A stretch of 64,000 nt of DNA, from contig CAJNYD010000015.1 of the NCBI GenBank assembly GCA_905331295.1, positions 124,001-188,000 on the forward strand. The letters are read 5' to 3'. This DNA comes from Rotaria socialis. Lineage: Eukaryota. A program made the translations under genes and the position numbers. The notes beneath the pieces are model-generated. The model had not been told where the DNA came from and did no database searches. It was given only the letters and a program-made list of their open reading frames with translations. Of the stretch, positions 37,749 through 50,246 are shown one piece after another. Positions within the stretch are counted from its first letter, which is position 1, and every line of letters starts with the position of its first letter.

Positions 37749-40277
37749 TAATACATTTAAAGAGAAATGGAAAAAGATAAGAATGAATAAAAAAAATTTT
37801 TGCGCATATTTGCAAATTCTCAACAAGAACAAGAAAAAATTGCTACAGATCCAATGCACAAAAAGACAGCTGTTGCAATATAATACCATAGTAAAAAGTC
37901 TATATTTTGTATATATAACCATCTTTTTTAATAATCTTTATTGATTTTTGTATATATAAACAGGTTTTTTAAAATTTTCGTATATATGAACAGCTTTTTC
38001 TAATTTTTATATATATCTTACATTCCAATTTTTTATCACCAATTAACTTCATATTAAATAATTTAAATTGAATGTATAATAATAATCGTGTATCAGCTTT
38101 GGTTACAAGCTTTTACCATCACATTTCTATCTCTTAATGACCAGCTTTATTTTGACCAGCTTTTTTCAGCTTTTTTAACTTTTAATCCTTCATTTTAATT
38201 TACTAAATTAATTTTTTACAATTATATTGTTTTTGTTTGAATAAATTTGATTTATTGCGTATCAGCTATTGTTGTAAATTTTCAACATTCCGAGTATCTA
38301 AGACCGGCTTTATTTCATTTATTGAGGATTCAATAAATTCCAAAGAGTATGAGATTTTGCGGAAATGTTTTCATGTTTTAACAATAGGTAAAATGAACGA
38401 ACATAGTTCCATTATAATTAATTATAATTTCTTCTTTTTTTATTCATATAAATCATTTTTTCTCGCAATACATTATAATTTGTATTTGATACACTTTGAT
38501 TCATATTGTAATTTTGAAATACACGGTTGAATCGTTGTTCTATAAATTCACCAGGGTATTTATTTAATAATAAGGCCATTCTTAATTTTTCTCGTTCATA
38601 TATGTATACATTGAATGTTGAACAATATTTAATGGCATGAATCAGCATAGCATATGGAATATTCTTTTTCATATGCATAGGATGTACACTATTAAGTGGT
38701 AAATAATACGGTTCATAACATGGTTTATGATAAACTCTTGTAAAGAATTCGCTATTTTTATTCTCTACATTTAAATCAAGAAAATTTGTTGTATACCCAA
38801 CTTTTTATTTTATGTTAAGATCGAATTTATTCCATCCATCAATTTGCTTTTCTAAATGTTGAGAAGGCCAGTTAATGGTAATAAATATATCATCAATATA
38901 TCGTATGTAGAGTCCATTGCTATTGTTAATTTGCTTAACGATATCATGTTCAAAAAAGAACATATAAGCATTTGCAATTGTTAGAGTTAGCGGAGAACCC
39001 ATCGCACCACCACGTATTTGATGATAATATTTACTGTCGTAAGAAAAATAATTATTATGCACCACGAATCGACATAAACGAATAATAGTTTCAATTTTTA
39101 AACCATTAATCTGCTTTATGCTCAAGTAATCCAGCATTTTCTTAATTGCCAAGATTCCTTGTGCTTGTGGTATCATCGTATATAAATCGATTACATCCAT
39201 TGCACATATTAAAGTATCTTGACGTGCATTACTTTTTGACCATTCATATAACTGTTTAATTACTTCAGTTCCAGAAGTAGCAGTTGTGCTTGATGCCATT
39301 CTATCAAATAGTGGTCGAAGTAGTTCGTCGAGAAATCTCGATATTTTTATAGTTGGATGTTTGAGTCCAGATACAATTGGCTGGAGTGGAGTGCCTGGCT
39401 TATGAGCCTTTTGGTAAATAATATAAATGTGCTAATTCCACTTCATTTTGTTTTATACTCAATTGTTCATATTGTTTTTGTGTTATCCAATTATCTAATC
39501 TTAACTTTAACAAATATTTATTTGTACTTTCAATTAAATTTGGTAATAGATCATTTTGATGTCAACATTCATATGCTTCAGTCTTTTCATATTTTCTTCA
39601 TATTTTTTATGATAATCTTGCAATTTACCTAAATGAAAAACTTTAGATTTATCTGTTTTCTGTATAACTATATTCGTGGAACGAAGCTTGTGTTTTAGCC
39701 GTTTGACCAATCTTCCATAATTTTTCTTTTCTTTTTCTGTTTATCAGTAGTAATTGAACATTTAGTAAGTTGATATTGATTAAAATCAATTGTTTCTAAT
39801 AAATTATCATATGTAATTATTTCACGCTGCTCTTTATATTTTCTAATTGTTTTGTTAATCGTTGTATCATGTAAGTTTTTTATTATCCTATCCAATTCGG
39901 CTATAAATTGATCGACTGATCTACCGGGACTTACTTTTTTTTCGGACAAACGAGTTTCAATTTTTCGTTTCAATAAAGTCAACTCAGTTGTTCATCGTCG
40001 AGAAGCCGCTTTTGGATCATTATAGATAAACCGAGGATCTAATTTTAGTAATTGATATTCTTCCTCGGTTAATTTTGCTTTTGCTTCATTTATTATTGTT
40101 GCAGTGAGAAATCCTCGCCCAACGATCTTGTAAGAGTCGGGGCAACAATTTCGTCTTGTTTATTGGCTTCGCCCTCGACTCGCTGCTCTTATAAAAAAAT
40201 ACAGTGACTGTTCAGCTTCTAAATTTAAACGTTTTTCACGTAGATCATTGTAATGTTTAAATACTAAAGAACCAGGA

Positions 40278-40453
40278 GAAAACAGACTGACCTATCTATC
40301 GTGAGGAAAAGACAAATACAATCTGCTTGTACTCTACGTTTGCTTTTCAGCAATCGATTATTTTGTCAAGATTTAGATGAACAATAAAACGATAATTAAT
40401 TGTATCGTGTGCCAAAAGGCCAAAAGAATAATTTTAAGAAATACAGATTTTAA
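40278..40453. repeat. Direct repeat, copy 2 (176 bp)
   Basis: Matches 37045-37212, with an extra gccaaaag unit. Confidence 0.97.
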
Positions 40454-40535
40454 GGGTGTGGATGTGGGTGTGGGTGCGCCTATTGAACTGAAGAACGTGG
40501 GCGCACACCCACACCCACACCCACACCCACACCCT
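40453..40535. repeat. Palindrome of telomere-type repeats, (GGGTGT)n-loop-(ACACCC)n; possibly a DNA-transposon terminus
   Basis: agggtgtggatgtgggtgtgggtgcgcc-tattgaactgaagaacgtg-ggcgcacacccacacccacacccacacccacaccct. Confidence 0.9.
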
Positions 40536-41027
40536 ATTTTGAATGGTAAATTATTTGCTATTCTTATACATTTTCTATCGCTGTTTTACTTTGTTTATTG
40601 GAACAATATCGGAAAAATACTCAATATGATCCTCGCAACGTATGGAATATCACACATATATGAACTCGATTGATCTGAGTTTTATTAACGACGAAGTGAC
40701 AGCATGTTACTTTTCATACGAACAGAGTTATTCAACTATTTGCTTTGGGAAATTATTGTGTGTCTGTTCTTAATTAAAATTTTCCTCATAATGCATGATT
40801 CAATGGAATTTCTTAGAACATAGATTTGAAAAAAAAAACATGATTTTTCTCAATCATATGAAAAATTTTAGCTACAGGTGGGCAAAGGACATTTATATTC
40901 AAATGACTATAAGCAGCTTATTGTAGTGTTTAGTCGCTAATTATAACGAGCACTATAATTTGCATAAGATATTCTATTTGTATAGAGATATTTCATGCTG
41001 GATTAAAATTGTGTTGAGAGTCTCCAG

Positions 41028-41962
41028 TATATATGTCGCAGAAGAAATTAAAATTTTAGTTTCTCCTAGGTGAACTTAAACTTTCAATTTTTACTGGATT
41101 TTTCCTATAGGGAAAATTTAAATTTTCCTGAATATAAAAATATCAACTTTATTACTTTTATGTTTAAAAAATACAAAAATTAAACTAGACATTTGAACAT
41201 GGTTTCGTTTTTGATGAATGGCATTTAGTACCACATTGTACTTTTGCTGCTCGACAACGACATTTCTTTGTTGAACACTTCCCATTACAGTTACATGCTT
41301 CAGTAGGAGTAATTAATCCTGCGATCACATAAGCTTTACACCCTAGTCAACTCTCCCTAGAAGAATCCCCAGGGAGTCCCTAGGGATTTCGTTTTTTTTC
41401 GGGGATTCCCCAGGGAGTTTTCTGGCCAAAATCGATGAAATATCTAATTACTAATAAATTCTTCTAATTTTTTTAAAATTTAAAAATTGAAGTTTTTTTT
41501 TATTTTAAAAAATTTCATCAATTCTCTCCAGAGAAATCCCCGGGGAGTCCCCCGGGAATCACGACAGAGACTCCCAGGGATTTCTTTATTTTGCGGGGAC
41601 TTCCCGGGGAGTCGTCGGGGGAGAGTGGATTAGGGGCAGGCTTCATCATACAATAACTGTTTTATAGAAAACTTGTCTTGAAATTTGTAATTTAAACTTT
41701 CAACATGTTTATCAAGTGATTTATAAAATTCTTCCATGAAAATAAGAGAGTGAATATCCACTTAAATGATATATGCGACGTTTATTTAGGTGTACATTTT
41801 TCTTTCATTTTGATTTTTTATCGATTCCATTGGAGGTAAAAGATATTGTAGTTTTTCCTATAGAGGAAATAAAAATATGAAGTTGATACTCTTATATATT
41901 AAGGAATATTTAAAATTCTCCTAGAAGAAACTAAAATTTTAATTTCTCCTGCGACATATATA
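41028..41962. mobile_element. Non-autonomous TIR element (MITE) in a TA context
   Basis: Left tatatatgtcgcagaagaaattaaaattttagtttctcctag is the inverse of right ctagaagaaactaaaattttaatttctcctgcgacatatata. Confidence 0.85.
41339..41637. mobile_element. GC-rich MITE nested in the previous element
   Basis: TIRs ccctagtcaactctccc/gggagagtggattaggg; internal ccccggggag-type repeats. Confidence 0.75.
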
Positions 41963-41999
41963 TTAGTTTCAAATATTATCTAAAGATTCTCAGTAATTC

Positions 42000-42417
42000 T
42001 ACATAAATATATGTGACTTCTTTTAAAATGATAGTACAGTATTAAAACAAAGCATTATTTTTTACATTGACGAATCGATTCCATCTACCGGTATTTTTTG
42101 ATAAGAAATATTTGCCATATCTATTGATGTAGAGCGAAAAAAGGAAATATATTTTATTTATCAAGCTACTTAATCAGCTTAGTAAATAGTTAAGCAGCAC
42201 GATTATTATTTTTAAAGTATCTCATTTTAGCCGCTTTCTTCTTGATAAGACTGACATTTAGTTTCATTTGAGATGTCAGATTGATCAATGGTGATGTGCA
42301 AATATTTAAACTGACACACACCTGAACAAGTATGACAACAAAAGACGGCATTGAAGATAATTCTCTATGACGTTCGGTATTCTATAGAAATCACGCATCA
42401 TTTCGCTAACTATCAAT
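42000..42417. repeat. Diverged dispersed direct repeat, copy 1 (partner 51372-51805)
   Basis: Shared colinear blocks ttttaaaatgatagtaca.tattaaaacaaag, aatcagcttagtaaata, ttaaagtatctcattt, ttcatttgagatgt.agatt. Confidence 0.85.
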
Positions 42418-42483
42418 CAATCAATGGCTGAAGTATGAGAAAAAACACAGAATGAAAGAAACAGAAACGATTAATAGCTTATA

Positions 42484-43406
42484 CCGGGCGTTGCAAAAGT
42501 TTTTCGACATTCTCTGTTTTGCATGGATCTCTTTTCAGGAACATGACAGAACATCGGTCTTTCTTTCAGAAGATGCGCCGTCGAATTCTCTACAAACGTC
42601 TATTTGCCTTAGTTTAGAGCAACATAAGTGAACCTTTTTATAGGTTGAATAGTATGATTGTGTGAAATCATCGTGTATCCCACACATTTTTTTAGTAATT
42701 TATTCTTTTCGTGGAAGTTAATGTTCAATTCTTAAAACATTTTATACTGCTACACAGCTCTGAAAATCCTCTGCCGGTTGCTTACATATATGCAGTTGTT
42801 TACATTTATTTCTTCGGTTAGATGCATGGTCATATTTTGAAAATAGCGTGATTTTCATGTCTGATTTCTTTGTTGCAAAAAAGCATTTTAGAATTACTTC
42901 TTATCACGAAACTGTTTTCATTATTTTGGCAGTATTTTATGGGAAATTAATTTTTCTTTCTATGTGCAGTCAAAAAAAACGCGTGAAAAACAATTCAACT
43001 GAAGGAAGAATTCGAATGATGTCAGGAAAGTCATTTTTATTCTAACAGCTCAAGCAGCTCATACTTTTTAGAAAAATATAGGTGCCGTCAAACACTTACA
43101 AATAATTGTAAAAGATCATTCCATACGCACTTCAACTACAACGAGAGTGTCTTATGTGTCTGGTTGCAACGAGGAAAAAAGTGTTGGAAAAACAGAAAAA
43201 AAATATGTGGGACATAGGATCATTTCACGCAATCATGCAATGCGACCTATAACAAGGTTTAGTTATATTGTTCTAAAATAAGGCGAATAGAAGTTTGCAG
43301 AGAATTTGACGGCGCATCTTTTGAAAGAAAGACCAACGTTTTGTCATGTTCCTGAAAAGAAATAATTGCAAAACAAAGAATGCCGCAAAACTTTTGCAAC
43401 ACCCAG
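42484..43406. mobile_element. Tc1/mariner-type non-autonomous element with long (>200 bp) imperfect TIRs
   Basis: TA|ccgggcgttgcaaaagtttt...aaaacttttgcaacacccag|TA; the inverted match continues through ttcaggaacatgaca, agatgcgccgtc and gtgaaat..tc. Confidence 0.88.
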
Positions 43407-44764
43407 TATCATTATTGTTATTTGTTCATGTATAAGATTCCGATGATTCATGGTTACAATGTGTCTACTGAAATCATATTTATGATTTTAAGAAGCTGCT
43501 GGGAACTTTTGTTTTGTTAATTCAAAGGATCAGTTCAATTTTTCTTATCAAAGATACAAAGATGAACTGAAATATGTTCAATCTATGTTTACTGTTTTAG
43601 TAACGTGCGAATTGCTTTAAAAAGATACACGACATTGATACAGACTATCACAAGTAATTTAGATAATCTCGAGAGCAAAACATTATCAAATATCGGTATC
43701 GAATTGATGTGACTTATTACTCAAAACTCTCGGCGTAGATTTATTTCGAGTATCAATATTGTACCGATAAGATAGATTTGCAAGGAATTTAATGTTTTTT
43801 TTAAACTTTCGAATAATTAAAATCATGACAACAGCGAAAGTTCCATGTGATTTTCTCGATTCATGCTAATAATTACAATCAAAGAATCAGGCGATTTTGA
43901 CTATCAAAAGGGAAAATACTTGTTCATTTTGTGTTTGATGGACGCTTCGATAGGTAGTTTTACTGAAGAGAAACACATCAACTGCTTTGATTTTTTTCTT
44001 CTCTAGCCCTCTGTAGAGGTCACTGCACTGATCACATTAATGGGCAAAAAACAAATTCAAAATATAGGACAACCGTAAATACTGCTAAGCAAAAGTTGTA
44101 CATAGTTTCTGATTCGTTATTTATTAATCAAGAATTTCAATATAAACAAATCAATTCGTTTATTTTCATAGTAATATGCTGCACCAAAAAAGAAAAGAAG
44201 AAGAAAAATTCAACATCATCTATAAGAAAACGAATCGTAATCATTGGGGCATTTATAGTCAGGATACAATTATGTTTTGTTTTGTTTTGCTGAATACGAT
44301 AGCGATTAGAAAAATGCAAGGCTGAAATTGAAATTATATAATATTTGGCTCCAAATATGTATAGCGATGATAGGATTTTCGTAGTTGTGAATTGACTTGT
44401 GACTTTGTTTCTCATCAGCGATTCATTCATCGCAAGACATTCTGTATTCGAATAAAAACCAAATATCGTTTAGTTATTCTTGTTTCGTATCTACAGCATT
44501 AATCTTTCCCATGATTTTACTGTTCGCGAATACCAAATAGAAAAATCATGCCTATTTCAATTAATATAAAGAGAAAATATCGTCACGAAGACGAGAAAAA
44601 AGAATTCAACTGCAAGTTAAGAGAATTAGTAACCATCACCAAACGCTTATTTAGTGTGTTAAAATTAGTATTAAATAGTAACAGACGCATAATAAAGAAA
44701 TCATCTTTGTGTTCAGTTTTTTTTAATTGTTCGCAGATACTGAAGCCATAGTAGCTGATCGAGT

Positions 44765-45665
44765 CTATGCAATAATTATTCCGGTAGGCCACACACCAGT
44801 AAAAGCTATAGTACCAAAAACAAAACGAATAGTTATACAATTATGTCATACTCAGATAATATTACCAGTAGAAGTGATACTGGATACTATGAAATTTATG
44901 GATTGGGTCCCATTGTAGGCGAATGTTGATGGGAATTCCAGGTTAATCCATTGGTTAATGTATGCTTGTGCACGACACCGTGGACATCGATAGTAATTAA
45001 TTATTGCTTTCATAAATAGCTTCGCACTTCCACTCTGGCGACGCAAACGACTATTTAACATGGAATATTAGGGAAATAAAGTTTAAATAAAAATAATCTG
45101 TCAGAGTTATTTACCTATGAACATACCAAGATCGTCGACGTCTATCCGATGATTGTAAAGCAAATGTACACGATATTGGGATCAGTGATCCTAGTGGAAT
45201 ACCGACTTTACTTTCCAACTAGAAAGAAATCCGTAGATCGAATTTTAGAGTTTACTGTCTTACCGAATTGCTAATCGTAGTGCATGTCCGTGCTGTTGTT
45301 ATGCCATACTCTGTAATAGTTGACAATGGATTCAATGTAAAGTATCTTATTGAAGTGGTGACTAAATCTTCAATAGGAAATTATTATCATGAAACTGTCG
45401 TCATCGCGTATGAAATCAGGTCATTTTTTCAAATATATTTTTACTTACTGTCTATAGTTTTATTAGGTACATAGACTGGAATAAGAGCCAGAATGATTGT
45501 CGCCGCTACCATGAGTAGTAATAAACCCAAACAACAGATGGCCAGCATTGGGATAGTAGGCATATATCGACTATAGACAGAAGTAAATCAATTTTGAACA
45601 TAAAAGAGTTCTATTTACCTGCTTCCGCCTTTATCAACGGCTGGTGCTACTGGTGTTGCCAACAT
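44765..45665 (-). CDS. Type II membrane protein with polybasic furin-like sites and a CPRC motif (paralogue of 56939-57905), 6 exons
   Basis: MLATPVAPAVDKGGS / ..ICCLGLLLLMVAATIILALIPVYVP / ..CTFALQSSDRRRRS / RLRRQ..YRCPRCR..; same intron positions as the paralogue. Confidence 0.8.
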
Positions 45666-46755
45666 TCGTATTCCTAATATATGCAAACTAACTTGGCTGA
45701 TGCGAAAATCAGACTAATGAGTTTATTTCGCTCTAGAGTATATATATATATACCCTCCCCGTTTCTTCTGAGTTATTTTTTGCGTACTTAGTTACAGGAC
45801 CTTGGCCATGAAGTTTATTTTCTTTTACGAGACAACATACGTATACTTGTAAACCGAGTGATCTATTAGTGATCGATTATTTCTAAACAGTAATGTTTTA
45901 CCTCTCAGCATGAAAAAAAGAAGATTTTATCGAAATTTATGGCTTCATCTTGTTCACATTAAGAGTAGTACTGTTATATCGGCGTTTAATAAAGCTTTTC
46001 GATCTTTTACTTGTTATTCATATGTATGTGTCTGTATGTATGAGAACATGAAGAACTGCTCGCAACCAGCCTAAAAAAGAAAATTTCTTGTTGGCAATGT
46101 TTCGTCCATGGAAAATGCAATGTTGAAGCTTCTTCCTTGTAGAAAAGACCGATTTGCTTATAATAATTCTAGAATCGTATGTCGAAATTCGTAGAACATA
46201 ATTCGATTTCAATGGTACTTTTTATATTAGGGATTCTGTTTTTAATTCAAAACTTTTCGTAATAATCGACTTCGAAGTGAATATGTGACCTTGAGAAAAA
46301 AATTTATGGAATGTTTAGTAGTCCCAGATTAGAAATAACTGAAATCGACAGAAAAAGCAAACGGGAGTATTTTGAAATTTTGTCAAAATCGAATTTTTTT
46401 GAAATAAAATTCTGTTGCAGCCTAATTTATTAAAATCTCGAAGAAATCGAAACAGTCAGTGAAATCAGTGTCCGCTGTTGTGATGTTCATTGTTCATAGA
46501 CGATATTGTTCGTAAACTTTAAATTCTGAAAAACTTTTACTTGGAAAGATTTGGATTCTTAATAGATGTTAAGGTATAGTTACAATTGATATAAGGACTA
46601 ATTAAAACGAATGGCGTGCAATTAAATGTCTAGAGTACGCACACATGCACAAACATTTGTTTGTAACACGTTACTGAAAATAGATTTGAGTTTTGATTCG
46701 ATTATAAAGCAACGTATCTTCAGATGCAATTGCATCACCAATAGGGACTTGCATG

Positions 46756-47100
46756 TTTTTGTGTACTCAAAAAAACTGAGTACACTCTAGATTCGGTCAG
46801 TGTCCGTCCGACCGTTAACACGATAGCCTTTGAAAGCCTCATTCAATTTGTCATGAAATTTTGTGCACATAATGATCTCATTAATATTTCAGTCGAGTTC
46901 GAAGATGAGAAGGGTCCGTCAAGAAATGGCTGAGCTATCGAAAAAATTGTCAGTATTGACCAGACCATCCCAGAGGGGGGGGTACAGGGATTTTTTCAAG
47001 AAAAACGTTTTTTCTTAGAATTATTCACAACATATATAGATCGACTCAGTTTTTTGCAGTACACATAACAATCGGATGCGAATCCGATGTTTCCTCATTT
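46756..47100 (+). mobile_element. Helentron-associated non-autonomous element (DINE-1/HINE-like)
   Basis: T-rich start; sub-TIR gtgtactcaaaaaaactgag whose inverse ctcagttttttgcagtacac lies near the 3' end; gtccgtcc microsatellite; 3' hairpin atcggat-gcga-atccgat; T-rich end. Confidence 0.8.
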
Positions 47101-48734
47101 ATTTATTTTTTGTATACGAACTTCACGAATGCTAATACTGTTATGTTACCAAATAAAACAGTTTTTTTTATCAAATAGTTTCAAAAGTCCACCATTCATT
47201 GGTAGACAGTAGAATAAATTACTGTACATGCAATTAAAGAAATGACGACTGAAACATAACGAAATATATATTGCTAATCTAAACAAGTGATCTATAGCGA
47301 TGAAATATTAATAGTATCTATTCGTTTATCTTCCTTTACATCGCAAAAATAATTAAGAAAATTCTGCAATAAAAAAAACGTCATTACCGTTAATGTCTTA
47401 GTCATCGTCGTATGTTTAATATGTATGATCGATGACACGACACAAGGCAATTTTATATTAGCTTCATTGTCAAGAACTTTTCTAAAATTTATTTTAATAG
47501 CAAATTATTTACTAGGCAATTCTTTTTTTTCGTAGGAAATACTTAGTTCTCCGATAGTGACAGCTGATTCCCACCAAAAGGTTGTTGTGTTCACAAAGAC
47601 AACACATTGCGTTATGATATTTCAGACTTTCATAATCTGCTAAAATGTCTTCATCATCGGCTATTAGATGAAATACGATTACAAAATGTTCGATATATGT
47701 CTACAAGTATTAAAAACGATATTACAACTTTGTATTAGAATTCTGAAAAACTCTTAAACAGCAAGTAATTATTTCAATAAGTTTTCAATATGTGTGAAAA
47801 TATATTACTCCCTGAAAAGTACAATATCAGTGATCATTGTTCTATCGATAAGAAATTCTCGTTTTCTCAGGCCCTCAAGATTGCTCATATTAACACAGTT
47901 TCTTACTGAAAATGGGACGCTACAGGAAAATAAATCCTTTCATATTTATTTATAAATTTAATACGGCGGAAGTCATTGATGTGCACCATTGCAAAATAAT
48001 CTATAGCTGCAGCCTGCAGGCTTGATCTTACTGATAAAAATGCTGAATAATGACAAACTATTATCAAAATCATTGTAAATCAACTAAAGCCTTCTCAGCT
48101 AAAAGGTTTCGAGTTAAAATGAAAACAAGTGTGCGCGTAAGAAATTAAAAAGAAATATTTGTTTTTGCCCATGATAAAACAAAAATACAAGACTCTAGCA
48201 ATGATTCGCGACTATATCACCGAAGATGCCACATGGCTTGAGAAAGCCACTAGCAGCGTTTTCTAAATTTTATCGATTCATACCGAATGATCCAGCGAAA
48301 ACCAAAGCAGCCAATTACTGAAAATTTCCTCAAAACCAACTAAATGCGATTAATATTCAACAGGGAAGAAGTTATCTTCTGATGAGAAACAAAAAACAAT
48401 TGCAAATAATTCACAGTTGTTTACTTGTGTAAAAACAAAGTTTTAGTTTTGTTTTCTGATTATTAAAAAAAATTCAGAATTATTTCATAATATAAAAAAA
48501 TGATACATTTGAAGAAGAATTATAATAAGGAAAGTTCTGTGTTTTTCAACGATATAAATCGTCATCGATCACGATTTATCGTAGGAAACATATTTCGTAC
48601 AGCCTTCTTCTTGTCATTAATCATATTGATTAACCATAAATAATCGTTGTGTTAAAATAGATTTGTTTAAAAGAAAATAGATATAAACAACGTTGAACGA
48701 TATCTGACTTTCATTTGTTCATGTTAAAAATAAA

Positions 48735-48983
48735 TCATAGATTATTATCGATCCAATGAATGACTTGTGAAACTAAATTGGAAATGCCAAGTGAATCGTA
48801 ACTGCCGCCAAAATGACTATTATAGTGAGCATTTGGAAAAAATCCTGTGGAATAAGGTTGCCTTTGAATGCAATCATAACCCGAATAATAGTCGTAAGCA
48901 GATTCAGCCACATAATGATTCATAGCGTTTGCAACTCTATGAAAATGGTTTAATGTATAAGGATCCATAACTGATCTTTGCAT
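48735..48983 (-). CDS. Small Tyr/His/Gly-rich orphan ORF (82 aa from the ATG at 48983)
   Basis: MQRSVMDPYTLNHFHRVANAMNHYVAESAYDYYSGYDC...NLVSQVIHWIDNNL; higher GC and more protein-like composition than the flanks; no family recognised. Confidence 0.45.
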   Translation of the reverse strand: MQRSVMDPYTLNHFHRVANAMNHYVAESAYDYYSGYDCIQRQPYSTGFFPNAHYNSHFGGSYDSLGISNLVSQVIHWIDNNL

Positions 48984-50246
48984 CGTTGAATGGTATAAAG
49001 TAGTACTAACAACCAAAGTATAAAATATGTACACCAACGGTTACATTTATATCCAATTTGAGTAGGAAGTATTAGTCATAAAAATACCACAAGTTATATT
49101 GCAGGATATACTAGACGCGATCAATTAAGAGTGCTTGATGATTCGTTGTCGCCCAACCAATGGTTAGTTTCGTACGAAAAAAATATCTATCTATTATTTA
49201 TTGTCATGTCCTGAAAAAGAATAAAGAAGTCATGCATCGATATATAAAATTTACACGTAGTCATGTTTGTTGGCAAAAAGCAAATGATATCCAGTCAAAA
49301 AAACTTACCAACATTTGCATTGTCTACTGTGTTTGTTATAAAACATGATTGTAAACAAAGAAACAACCATTTTTCGTCGAATGCATGACTTACCGTGTTG
49401 TTAACGGGTGATATGATTTTTCATGTACAATAATTGCGTCTCTAAATATTTTCTATTGTGCTCGAAAAACGATTGAATCCAAAGTAATACGTAAAATCTT
49501 GTATTCAACATATGCATTGAAATATTTCTTCAAGAATATATTATACAATGAACTTTTATCGTCAAACATAAGTTTTGCGATAAATATCGATGAGCATGAC
49601 TTTAACAAAAACAAATTTTCATTATTTGTTTCATCACGAAAGATACAATCTATTTTTTATCGAAATATATATATTATATATTTATAATGATCATGGAAAG
49701 GCCATTTATCTTATTTAGATATGGGTTTTGAATATCACTGATAGGTATCTCTCCTGTTCGATTTTCGGTGTATCTATTTACAGACGATGCCTATTGATTG
49801 TCAATAGCGATAGTAAATGTTTTTGTTGTGATAATGAAAAAATAAAATTACACTAATGTTATGTTTCGAGCATTTAATTACATCTCAGAAAAATTTTATA
49901 TTTTATTAGACTTCACACAACAATATAAGGCCTACTAATTGTATAGTCGAATAGAATTATTCGAATATTTTCGGATTTCCTCAGTTCTAAATCAAAATAT
50001 TACTTTCATAAAATTCAATATTTCATCTTTTTTAAGACTAACGTTTGAGCATTCATTCTGAACTCTTCTTCGGATGTTAAGTGTAAAAGCAGAGTTCTTT
50101 CGGAAATCTTTTATCATATGCTAAAAAGTTCAGATCAAATATATGTTTGCCGCATAATCGAAGGTTTACTTGAATATCTATATCTATATATATTTATTTT
50201 TCTGCATACATAACGAAAAAGAGAGCAACAATTTTTGATTCTATGG

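Larger units (their letters stand above)
37213..40277 (-). mobile_element. Athena-like (endonuclease-lacking) Penelope-like retroelement, 5'-truncated and decayed
   Basis: RT motifs ICAMDVIDLYTMIP, GGAMGSPLTLTIANAYM, YIRYIDDIF, FLDL and YHKP..EPYYLP..SVHPMHMKKNIP; C-terminus MFVHFTYC...TRNVENLQ with no GIY-YIG domain; remnant of an upstream helical ORF; several stops and frameshifts; 3' hammerhead. Confidence 0.88.

Noticed and set aside
37750..38420. GIY-YIG endonuclease downstream of the RT
   Set aside because: No GIY/YIG or CCHH motifs seen; the ORF remnant ends near 38210 and is followed by AT-rich UTR.
40377..40673. ORF with GVGVG/HPHPHP
   Set aside because: Translation of the GGGTGT/ACACCC palindrome and the duplicated UTR, not a gene.
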